From Eledone cirrhosa (Eukaryota): a stretch of 64,000 nucleotides of DNA. The notes under the pieces are model-generated. The model saw nothing but the letters and a program-made list of their open reading frames with translations, did no database searches and was not told where the DNA came from. Of this stretch, positions 43,484 to 54,899 are shown piece by piece (positions within the stretch are counted from its first letter, which is position 1; every line of letters starts with the position of its first letter). The position numbers were made by a program, and so were the translations under genes. The stretch is taken from NCBI GenBank assembly GCA_964016885.1, contig OZ024740.1:193254001-193318000 (forward strand). Reading direction: 5' to 3'.

Positions 43484-43690
43484 TAGGAACGAGTAGGAGC
43501 CCGACAGCTGAGCTCAAGCCGTTTCGACAGCTAATTGTGGACTGAATTAATCCAATATTAGCCGTCGAAACGGCTTGAGCTCAGCCGTCTGGGTCCTTCT
43601 CGTTCCTATTACCCACTCTACTACCCTAAGTATTGAGTACTTTGGTGCGTTATGGTCCATCTGGTTCCTTACCACATTTCCTTCGTTATA
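43484..43690. mobile_element. Fold-back mini-insertion of the same PLE terminus as 8411-8606
   Basis: Arms 43484-43535 and 43555-43608, plus the one-sided tail TACCCACTCTACTACCC..CTTCGTTATA; TA runs on both sides. Confidence 0.85.
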
Positions 43691-43702
43691 TATATATATA
43701 TA

Positions 43703-46093
43703 TAAAATCTGATAAAACTAACAATCTACACAGAATGCAAAAGGACGAATACAATAACATTATATTGAAATAACTAAGGAAAAACTACAAAATAACAACT
43801 AATGAAGATGTTGAAATGGTAAATAGAGAAGCTTCTGAATTAATTCATAAATTTGGCATCGAAAATCGGACCGAACCCTTTATACCTAGAAGACCGAAAA
43901 TTAACCCGAAAGACCACAAAAGAAACTTTGAAATAGAACTACCAGTCAGATTTATAGCACCATCTAAATCAGACTTAGGCATAGTTAGTAAACATATCTT
44001 AGATAGAAACATACCGCAATTTAAAAAATGTCTTACCTAAAACAATGGAACGGTACTAACGAGGTTATAGTTTGGTTCAATAACATAACATTTAAACATA
44101 ACAAAAAATTTATTCAAATGGATATTGCAAACTACTACTCCTCTATAACTCCTAGTTTACTTAATAAAGCTCTTATCTATGCATCTAAATATACAGATTT
44201 ATCTAGCGACGAAATGCATATCATTTTACCTGCACGGAAAACTTTAATTGAATTCAACAATCATCTCTGGACAAGAGCCGATAGAAAAAGTAATTTTTGA
44301 TATCACCATGGGATCATCTGACTGGGCGCAAATAACGGATCTTGTGGGGCTATTTATTAATAATACACTGCATAGAAAAATACCAGAGACGGCCGGTGGT
44401 TTTTTATCGTGATGATATGCAGCTTTTAAATGAAAATCATAGTAACTGTGAAATTAATAGGAAAAGAAAATACATAATACAATTTTTCAATAGCTACAAC
44501 CTTAAGTTAGAAATGGAGAATAACTATAAAATTGTTAACTGTTTAGACGTAACATTAAAACTTAACACAGGGCTCTTCTATCCATTCCATAAAATTAATG
44601 AGAATTTAAACTATGTAAGTTTTAACTCTAATCATTCTAGATATATCAAGAACACTATTGTCAATTCTGTCCAACGCATCTCCGCTAATAAAACATTGTT
44701 GACGATAAGGCAGAATATTATACTGAAGCTTTAAATAGAGCAGGGTATATAAATAAGATTAAATACATCGACAACAGTAATAAGGCAAATAACCCTACTA
44801 TTACTTGTAATAATAATAAAAAATTTAACTTAAACTCTAAAACTAACAGAAGAACTAAAACTAGAAATATTATTTGGTACTCACCCCCATTCTCATTAAG
44901 CGTAAAAAACACCTTTATCAAAGCTATTCTTTAAAGCACTAGATCAATGTTTTCCTAAAGCCCACAGATGCCAGTCAATCTTTAACAAACACTATAAAAT
45001 TACCCTACTCTACTATGCACGTAGCACAAACTATAAATAGAATCAATAATAGAAATTTAAACCCTAACAAAATAACCAAAATAGCAGTAATATCTCTAGC
45101 AATATCCATCATAATAGTACCGTTCCGAACAACAACAACTCCGCAAAATGTAACTGTAGAATTAAATCAAACTGTCCTTTACAAAATAAGTGTTTAGATA
45201 AAAATGTGGTCTCTAAATGTACAGTTAAAACTAGTGATAATATATTTAACTATGCAGGTGCAACTTCTACAGAATTTAAAAGTCGCTGGAATACCCACAA
45301 TTGCTCTTTCCGAAGATTTGATAACAAATCTTCAACTTCTTTTTCAAACCTGCTATGGAACTAAAAATGCAAGAATATGGATTATTCATTAGCTTGGGAA
45401 ACAGTTTCAAAGGCCCCCGCGTACCGAAACACAGCTTTATCTAGATTCTGCATACATACTTAAATGTAAAAACTCTATTAATCTAAGAACGAATTGATTT
45501 AATTCTTGTAGACATCGCCATATTTCAACATTCAGAACTATATATAACTTATAATTATACTTATAATATTTCTACTTATTTCCATAACAATCTCATCCAC
45601 TTGGTTTTAATATATTGATATCTGTAAATCATAATATCTATAACATTTGCTGTAATTCCACTTCTTAAAGTTTCATAAAATATATACGTATATAATTCTA
45701 ATTTTTTTTTATTTTAATTTTAATTTTAATTTTAATAATTTTTATTTCTTTAAAAATTACTAATCTCTTATAAATTTTTTTTTTCTTAAATTTTTCAAAT
45801 ATTTCAATATTTTTCAATACTTTTTCATTATTTTTTCAATACTTTATCATTATTTTTTCAATATTTTTCAATAGATTTATAACCACTAACTGATTCCGGC
45901 TAAATGTATCTTTCAACATCTATAGTTATTTTGACTAAATAGTCTCACACTAACGAATAAATAAATTAAACGGGAGTTTTTTTCCGTATCTTCCAATTTT
46001 AAATCATATAAATATAAATATTCTTATTAACTCATTTAATTTAACTTAATATTTATTATTAGAACAATTATCTATAACATGATATACCCATCT

Positions 46094-46134
<41 letters not shown>

Positions 46135-46615
46135 TTCATTTATTTATCTACTTATAACAGAAAAAAAATATTATATTATAAACAAATTTTAAACAACTAA
46201 TAATTGTAAATCCACGTACTATTAAGATATATACTTAGAATATATTTCCCTCAAATTAACGTTATATGAGTTTTTATTCATCTTCTCTTGTTTCTTTACT
46301 CTCTCTCGCACTATTTTATCCTTCTCCTCTTATCTTTCTCTCTCCCCATAGTCGGTTAAATAAACGGTTGTTTTTTCAATTATTTATATATTCATTTGCA
46401 TATTCAGACATACGTTTGAAACATCCCTAATATATGTCCACTATCCAGTGAATTTCGAACCGATGGGGTATGATTTTCATGGGTATGTCTCTATTTATAA
46501 AACAAGCGCTTTGCATTTTATCTGATGAAAGCGTACCAATGTGTCTTCGTACCCTTGAAATATATATAATAAAATAAATATGGTTTTATAAATATAGTTT
46601 ACATTTATTTAATAT

Positions 46616-46620
<5 letters not shown>
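43703..46620 (+). mobile_element. Naiad-type Penelope-like element (decayed RT + GIY-YIG + hammerhead-bearing 3' end)
   Basis: KSDKTNNLH; KDHKRNF..VRFIAPSKSDLGIVSKHILD; FIQMDIANYYSSI; FDITMGS; FYRDD; VNCLDVTL..SNH; CNCRIKSNCPLQNKC; YAGATSTEFKSRWNTH. Ends in (TA)n. Confidence 0.9.
46515..46575 (+). ncRNA. Type I minimal hammerhead ribozyme at the PLE 3' end
   Basis: ATTTTAT-CTGATGA-AAGCGTAC-CAATGTGTCTTC-GTACCCTT-GAAA-TATATA-TA-ATAAAAT: 7-bp stem I, 8-bp stem II with one mismatch, palindromic stem III. Confidence 0.75.
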
Positions 46621-46660
<40 letters not shown>

Positions 46661-46661
<1 letters not shown>

Positions 46662-46890
46662 TTATACTTTGGGAGGGTCATGTTGCCAATAAGAAACACA
46701 CGCACCAGTTGCTTTCACTTCAATTTATTATATATTTATAAATTTATAAATATATAATAAATTGAAGTGGAAGCAACTGGTGCGTGTGTTTCTTATTGGC
46801 AACATGACCCTCCCAAAGTATAACAATATCGGTTTCAACACACGATTTCAGATAAAGAATCTTGCTAAACAAATTCAGAAACGAAATATA
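46661..46890. mobile_element. Spacer-less palindrome (46661-46824) plus one-sided tail; same family as 20031-20767
   Basis: GTTATACTTTGGGAGGGTCATG..TTATAAATTTATAA..CATGACCCTCCCAAAGTATAAC; (TA)n on both sides. Confidence 0.85.
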
Positions 46891-46894
46891 TATA

Positions 46895-46958
<64 letters not shown>

Positions 46959-46960
<2 letters not shown>

Positions 46961-47334
46961 TCACATAAGAGACGGAGAATCAGTGGTGCAACGCATGAGA
47001 TGTATTAGACATATTACAATTGTTTCTCAATGTACGATCGATGCAATGATCAAATCTGACTTTGAAATCGCAAGATCCTAAATATGTCTCGATTATACGA
47101 AGCAGAGTTTCCAAATCGAGACATATCTGAGGATCTTGCGATTTCTGAGTCAGGTTTGATCATTGCATCGATCGTTCTCGATCTGGTCGCCAGAGATACG
47201 ATTGTAATATGTCTATTAAATCTTATTCGTCGCACCACTGATTCTGTCTCTTATGTGATATTATACTCTGCTCTGTAAGAGCATCGAGTGCCCAAACGGC
47301 ATACCGCTTACGTAACCATTAAGCATCCCACACC

Positions 47335-47340
<6 letters not shown>
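46959..47340. mobile_element. Fold-back pLTR-like insertion with a long-stem-II hammerhead
   Basis: Arms ~46959-47093 and ~47115-47261, tail to 47340; (TA)n on both sides. Confidence 0.82.
47120..47213 (+). ncRNA. Type I hammerhead ribozyme with a core mutation
   Basis: GACATAT-CTGAGGA-TCTTGCGA..TCGCCAGA-GATA-CGATTG-TA-ATATGTC; the opposite arm retains GAAA-CAATTG-TA. Confidence 0.68.
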
Positions 47341-47389
<49 letters not shown>

Positions 47390-47864
47390 TATATATATAT
47401 ATCAGTAGAAATTCAAATTGTTAGAGGATTAAGCGTTTCTGTACAAATCAAGTTATACAGGGAATTTAATGATAGAGATTTGAAAATACACCTGTTTTTC
47501 TACATACATGTAAAGTTTACAATACACAACGGAAAATGTATTAATTCATACAATTAATAAATTACAAATATTTTCAGGATATAGGCATGTTTTCATCAAT
47601 AGTTTCCGTTATCTAAATAGTTTTTGCATTAACCGGTTTCGCTCTGAGAATCTTTTCCCAATTTCATTATGATTTGCGCTGTATGAATAATTTTTTATTT
47701 CATTTGTGGTTATAAGCCATACTGAAATTATGTCATCCACATGTGGGTCTTTTCGCTTATGCTTTTGGTTAAACTAATGAGACCATTGGTTTTAATTTGT
47801 AACTCATGGAGAAGGAAATACAACACATGACAACGGATATGTCTTTCATTTGACTGAATAATAT

Positions 47865-47903
<39 letters not shown>

Positions 47904-47968
47904 GTGAAACATTGGGATGCGTTTGAAGAATATTTGATTTCTACAGATACACACACACACATACATAC

Positions 47969-48046
<78 letters not shown>

Positions 48047-50165
48047 GTATGTATGTGTGTGTGTGTATGTATGTGTAGAATTCAAATATTTATCAAAAGT
48101 AACACAATGTTTCACTTTCCCGTTTACTCAGATGATACATAGATTGAGGCGTCGTTATTATATAATAAGAACGTCTTCATAATCACACGGCAATATTATT
48201 AGACGTCAGTATTTAAACATGTTATTTCGTTGTCATAAAAATATAAAGAGAAGGGTTATCGCTTTTATGTATTGTAATTATATATACTAATGTATAATTT
48301 CTATAGATGTTGTTCTATTACCACGCTATATTTAACTTGAAAATATATCTTGATTATCCTCATGCAACAAAACACACTGATGACCAGCATGCCATCTATT
48401 ACCTGAATAACGCCTAATTTCTCCACAACCCTCCCCATGGTAAACGTCATCCTTCCTATAATCATCGTCAGCAACACCATAGTCAACGTCTTTGTAATTA
48501 ACAGGCTCTACCATGACATTTAAAAAATTGTTTTTTCTTCTGGTCTTCGAATGATTTAGATAGATCTGGCATGCAGCATAATGAATACAATATTATTTTT
48601 ATTATCTTCTTTATGCGGCGCAGCATACCATGATCCCACGTCACTATGTATTATAATGTGTTCTATCAGATACATAGATGTCTTTCAAATTCTATCCGGT
48701 GGTAACAAGACTTTTCTGTGATCCGCACGTGTCACTACTTAGGTCAAGGTAAATGCAAATATTGTTATCTAGTGTATGTTATGTACTTCTCTCAATGTGT
48801 CCCACCCCTGCTAAAATCTGAGACCCTGTAGTTAGCGTAAGTTAGCTAATCCATTCATTGAATTGTTGGGATCCGGAAGAATCATTATTATATATTCATT
48901 TACATTCCTAAAAATTAAATGTGTGCAAACACTTTGGGCATTGATGTGTATTTAATGGCTTTCTCTTTCAAGTTTTGCCTCCAGACTTTAACTATTTATG
49001 TAAACGCTCAGCAAATTCTTATATATGTACCCTGTTATTATCATACACATTTCCCCGCGAACGTACGGAAATTTAGTGTTAAAGTCTCAATAAATCTGGT
49101 GCTTAGGGGAGTTTATGACAGAATCTTCATAAGCCCCCCTGTTTCATGAATCTTCATGAATCTTCATAAACTTTTTGGGAATTATGTTTATCTCTTAACA
49201 CGCTGCCTAACATTGCTTATAGAATAATTACACAAAGTATAAATGTCTTTCATAAACCTTGTATATATGCTTATTTTCCTTAGAAACTGCCAGACTACAA
49301 AGTGTTGTACTCTGAAAAACAACTTCTTCGTCTTTATAAATAAATCATAGTGTGATTTACGTCTCATTATCTGCTTATAAATACACTTTCGGTTGTTTCA
49401 GATTATTGTTCAAAACCAAATTCCGTACTTAAGTTAATCCAATTCAATATTATTTACTTTCCAAAATAGTTTAAGTTATTTTCACAGCGTCCCTTTGTCT
49501 TTGTAACATTGGAATGTTCACCACATTTGCGTTGCTGCTTTAGGTTTTGATAGTGTAAAAGTAACGATTCAATGTAATGCATATTTTATGTTGTATTTAA
49601 ATGAACCACTAGCATGATGACGACATACGTCCATGCTATCAATATGTTTTACCTCATCTCTAGTGATATACACTTTTAGTGACTTATATATTATTACCAG
49701 AATACTTATGCTTGTTGGATATCATATATATATTTAAAGAACGTGGCGAAACTTGTAATGAGAGATGTTATCTTTCCATAGCCATTTGTTGAATATTGCA
49801 AATCCCATATATATAAAGAAATGAAGGTAGATAACTCAAAAATATATTTTCAGATTTTATGTTTTACCAGTTCACAATAATACTATGATACACATATAAA
49901 CTGATAATATAATTGCATCGCTTCACCTAATAAAAGCATAAACTAAATAAACTACAAATGACAGGCAAGACGATCATTAAAACATGACAAGTTGAGAATG
50001 TTGGGCTACATCCACTGTTTGAGTCATGGGACGGCTTGTTTTGGTTTATACAACTACGCCTAAATTATTTTGTTTATATATAAATATTTTAAACCAGAGT
50101 GAATATGCTACCTAACAACAACGACACTTAATTATATAGCTTTATAATATTCTGCATAATTAGAA

Positions 50166-50388
50166 GGGCGGTGGATTTGGAGTATCGCTAGAGCATCGGA
50201 GAACATGCTCTGCGGTATGTAGTAACGTCCCTTTATGTCCTGAGTACAAATCCGGCCGTAGTTAGCATGGTCATTCATCTTTACGGGGTCGATAAGATAA
50301 AGTAGCAGTCATGTACTAGAGTCGATTTAATGGACGTTCTACTCCCCCAAAATGTCTGGCCTTGCGCCTAAATCAGAAACCATTATTA
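50166..50388 (+). mobile_element. tRNA-derived SINE (family A, long-tail, diverged)
   Basis: GGCGGTGGATTTGGAGTATCGCTAGAGC..ACGGGGTCGATAAGATAAAGTAGCAG..GAAACCATTATT. Confidence 0.8.
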
Positions 50389-50429
50389 GGTTGAGTTATA
50401 GGTAGGCCAATTGAAAACATCAAGAATAG

Positions 50430-50598
50430 AAATTATTGTTTCTACTGTCGGCACATGGCCTGCAATTACCTCAGTGCATTACTGGAGATTTATTTAATCG
50501 ACCCTGTAATGATAAATGGCAAAGGTAACCTCGGCGAGATTTGAACTCAGATAATAAAGGACCGTAACTCTTTGTTACAAAGCATGGCGTCCGAACCT
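50430..50598 (-). mobile_element. tRNA-derived SINE (family A), head truncated
   Basis: Reverse complement match to the 2407 element. Confidence 0.8.
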
Positions 50599-50804
50599 AA
50601 TAAATATATACTAAAAATTGAATTAATTTGTTATTCTATTAATGTTTAAAACCGCGTTTAGTCTCATAAAAAAAATACGCAAAGGAAGCACTAACATATA
50701 GGAATTAATGAAAAGTTATACAGGATAGAAAATGACAATCTGAAAATTAAATTAAAACGCGAAAAAAAGTATTTCATGTGCGAATAAACCAAAGATAAGA
50801 TAAT

Positions 50805-50990
50805 TGTTTCTACTTTTGGCACAAGGCCAGCAATTACCCAGTGCATTACTGGTACTTTATTTTATCGACCCTGTAAGGATGAAAGGCAAAGTTATCCTCG
50901 GCGGGATTTGAACTCAGAATGGCAAGGGCCGTAAATCTATACGTCAAAGCATGACGTCCGACCCTCTACCGATACTGCCAATCCACCGCC
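50805..50990 (-). mobile_element. tRNA-derived SINE (family A), young copy with 15-bp TSD
   Basis: Flanked by CAAAGATAAGATAAT at 50790-50804 and 50991-51005. Confidence 0.92.
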
Positions 50991-51486
50991 CAAAGATAAG
51001 ATAATGAAAATAGTAGAAATACATATTTTTGCAATTGTACATCAGTTACCAGAAACAGAGTACTTTCTGAAAAACATGTCAGCTTTTGAGAATGGTGCAT
51101 TTGCTACATTAGTGAGAATATTTGCTATGAGATTTAATTTGAGATTCTTCTGTGATCTGATTTAAACTTGGAGATACAAATTGGTTAATAGTTATGGTTG
51201 TTAGGGGAAAGCCGAGTACAATGCAAATCATAAATATAAGAGGAAAGTAAGAAAAAAATATAGAAAGCAATAATTTGCACACATTTATATTATAGTTCAT
51301 GATATTGACAAGCTAGAAAAATATTTTGTGTCTTGGACTTCATAATTTTCACGTCTCTTAGTTTACTCCAGATGACCGCGGATGACATGTAGCAAACATA
51401 CGCTACGAATACATTACGCATCTTCTTCAGCTACTCTCCAGTAGTTATATTAATTGCTATAAATACATATATATTTATATCTCTCT

Positions 51487-51760
51487 TCACTGTTCAGTGT
51501 GTATACTTAGGGATACCATGTGAAATTCAAAGGCTGTATTGAGGGAACTAATCTGCCTTCCTCCATCTAAAATATTACATAGGTACCTTTGTTTTTTACA
51601 TTTTATGCTTAATAGCGTCCAAATTTCGATGTCTAACATATGGATATCTTCTGCTTTCTGGTCTATCCAAAATATTAGTACTGACACTTGCACTGCAATG
51701 CTATGACATAAAGTCTAATTGAATTCGGACCATCTGATTTCTATACTTTCCATAGTTCGC
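51487..51760 (-). mobile_element. Possible highly decayed R4/Dong-like LINE fragment
   Basis: W..EDIHMLDIEIWTLLS..RY..GGRQISS weakly parallels WSLQELSEMDVRTRKLLS..RLY..GGRGLKS at 55792-56136. Confidence 0.35.
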
Positions 51761-51977
51761 TACTGCATTCGCTTGTTACTATTAACTAAATTCAGAATTG
51801 TAACGTATGCAATATTTTCATCAAATCCGAGATAATTGCAGCAGCATGATTAGAGATACGGAAGATATTCAGGAAATATATATCCATATTCTATATCTGG
51901 TGAACGGCATATTCTCTATGGACGATAACATATGGCGATCTATCCTGAGTATAATTCAATTTTCGACATTATTATAA

Positions 51978-52988
51978 CTAGCTCACGTTGCCATTATCCA
52001 TTTTTAATATCATCCATTCGCTACTAGCCTCTTTACTGGAATGAGGAGCGCTTTGGCGACACATTCTCCGGACTTCTGTATTGCGCTAGCGCTGTTCAGC
52101 CAGCTCCTCTTCATCCATCGCAGCACGCCGTTGCTGTTGAATTCCGGCCATCTGCTGATGATGCTCAGCCAGTTCGCCTTCAACCATCGCAGCACGCCGT
52201 CGTTGCTTGGCTCTAGTGTTTCGTTGACATTGTTCAGTGTTTCGTTGGTATCTTCATTCATGACGGCACGTCTTCGCCTCTGAAGTTCGGCCCGTTTTTC
52301 TTCATTCCTGGCTGCACGCCGTCGCCGCTGTAGTTCACTGTTCGATAAAGTCAATTTGCTTTTATTATCAGTATTCATTTCGAGCAATTGTCAAAAAATG
52401 ACACAATAATAAATATAAAAGATGTCCGTCAATATAGAAAAAGGTCCCTATTTACTGCCTTCACAACTCTGTGTATGTTAGACTGACAGACAGGCACACA
52501 GACAGATAAACTACGTGGCGATTGTGGGAGGCCGCACGTACCCACACATACACGCATAGAAACGCGCACACGCACGCAAACTTACACACGCACCCGTGCA
52601 CTTACACACACGCACACAATCACACATGTTGATAGTTTTTACTTTCTGAGGAACGCTGCACGCACGCGCACACACACATACACATACGCGCACGTACATA
52701 CACACGCCCACATGTTAATAGTTATTGCTTTCCTTCCCCTCTTATTTCCACACACATCACACACACACACATGTCTCTACGCTGACACAAATACATAGTG
52801 TATCCAACACAGCGTTCACTTTGCCTCTCTGTTTCTTATTCTCCCCTCTCACTCCCTCATTGGCATTATGCATATTAATTTAAGTTTGGCATCGTTGAGG
52901 TGGGCCGAGTCGTTTGAAACCTATGAACCAATGATAATCAAGAATTATGACACACAGACCATTGACATTGTTGAAATTAATATATAGA
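51978..52988 (-). mobile_element. Internally deleted Helitron carrying an N-terminal ORF remnant with 23-aa repeats
   Basis: Minus strand starts TCTATATATTAA and ends GGCAACGTGAGCTAG between A and T; internal ORF remnant 52010-52387. Confidence 0.65.
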
Positions 52989-53984
52989 TGTTACAAATTG
53001 AAACTGTACCCCCAGTCACGAGAATATTAAGCGTTTACTAAATAAGTTTGGTTGTCCTGAATCCCTCTCCTCTACAGACGCAACAATTTTAAGTCAATTC
53101 AGGTATCCCTGTGTTAAGGACTGGTTCAAACGCAATCCTATATTCTAGCTATTTTTGTTTTAGGGTGTGCTCTTTAAAGCCAAGAAAATTAATGAGTTGT
53201 TGAGTACACTTCTAAATCCCCTCATTCCTCCTGATTACTTAATATCTATCACATTATTTATTTCGTTCTGCTCCTAGAAAAAGGCATTCGCACGAGCTGT
53301 ATTTAGACTATACATAGAGAAAAGAATATTACAATTATGTCCATAGTTTTAACGATTGATTTTGCACACAAATGTAAGCTTTTCTTCCGCCGCCATTCTC
53401 TCAGTAATTAAAATATACTTTCGAAACAGTCGGTATACTGCGTCTATTCAAAGGAGATAATAGTCTTTCTCGTGTATTAATGCCAATCTTTTTATGAAGT
53501 TATGATTTTCATGATACCATAATTATGCTTGTCCGAACATTTTCCATCTGATGATACAACAGATTTATCTCTTCATGAAAATAAGAATTCTAATGGTATC
53601 TGCTAGATGTTCTATCGCTGATATTACAAGTTCTGTGGTTTGACACATTTACTGTAGCGTTTGTACATGGAATGTTGATATCCAGATAGAATTTTGCATT
53701 CCAAAATATGTTTTTGGCCTGTGGCATATTTTTCGAGATCCTGGATCGCACCCATCACTCCAGCACGCGTTCCTTGTTGACCTGTATGATTGGTGATGAA
53801 GTTTGAATATATGGGTAGATGGGGAGTCATGGTTAGACAAGATAAGAAAGAACATCTATGTGCGCCCCCACATTTTCCTCTGCTTAACCTCATGTTATGT
53901 TATTCTGCTAAATCATCACATTCACCATGACAGTGATCCGGCGTGTGGAATGGCTGATCATCAGTATGGACAATGACCCGTAAT

Positions 53985-54320
53985 TCTGAGAGCAAACTGA
54001 ATAGAACTTACATCCGAATGCTTCGTGCAATACTCGAAATATCATGGAAGCGACAACCGGTAAAGGAAAAAAAATATATGATTATATATCCTCGATTAGC
54101 ACAATAATAACGGAACGAAGGACAACATATTCTCGAAACTGCCACCGAGGCAATATTAAGCTGGTGAGCCGGCTAGAGTTGTGGTTGCCTAAACATGGGT
54201 TAACCATGGTTGGACGACCAAGCATGGATTATATTGACCAGCTGTCTTGGGATGTTCAGCTGGGGTTTGAGATCTCAAGAATTCCATGGAAGATCATGAT
54301 GTCGGGAAGAGAACAGTAGT
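53985..54320 (+). mobile_element. RTE-like LINE C-terminal fragment
   Basis: LNRTYIRMLRAILEISWK..ISTIITERR..CHR..LVSRLELWLPKHG..GRPSMDYIDQL. Confidence 0.7.
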
Positions 54321-54439
54321 TTGGGTCCGGGCATTCTGCTTAAACAAAATAAACTTATTATAAACATATGTATGTAATGTATGTACATATGTATAAATAT
54401 GGGTATGTATGTATATATGTATGTATGTATATGTGCACG

Positions 54440-54473
<34 letters not shown>

Positions 54474-54496
54474 TGTATGTATGTATGTATGTATGA

Positions 54497-54790
54497 AGAC
54501 ACGTGGTTTTGTGGTAAGGTCTCTGAGTTCGATTCCCGGTGGCGCGTTGTGTGCTTGAGTAAGACACTTTATTTCACTAGTTCACTCAACTGTCAAAAAT
54601 GGGTTGTGCCGGTAATTTGAAGGGCAAGCCTTGTCACATCGTGTGTCCCGCTGAATCTCTCTGAGAAATAAGTTAAGCGTACCGGTGCCCGTGGACTGCT
54701 TAGCGACTTGCACGCTAATTTCACGAACAGGCTGTTCCGTTGATAGTATCAACTGGAACAATGAACCTAGTAACTGGCGAAGGACCAGTA
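54497..54790 (+). mobile_element. Second SINE family (tRNA head plus CORE-like segment)
   Basis: GTGGTTTTGTGGTAAG (A box), GAGTTCGATTCC (B box), CTTGAGTAAGACACTTTATTTC (CORE-like). Confidence 0.65.
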
Positions 54791-54899
54791 ACATGAATGT
54801 ATATATGAATATATATACATACATGTTACTGTTTGTATATATATATATATATATATATGTATATGTATGCTTATGTATGTTATCTCTTTCTCTTAATTT

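Noticed and set aside
48301-48514. Short non-repetitive ORFs here and at 6504-6701, 8851-9255, 13739-13969, 18155-18451 and 53624-53893 as host exons
   Set aside because: No recognisable domain or consistent splice structure; small exons of a long-intron gene cannot be excluded without RNA data.
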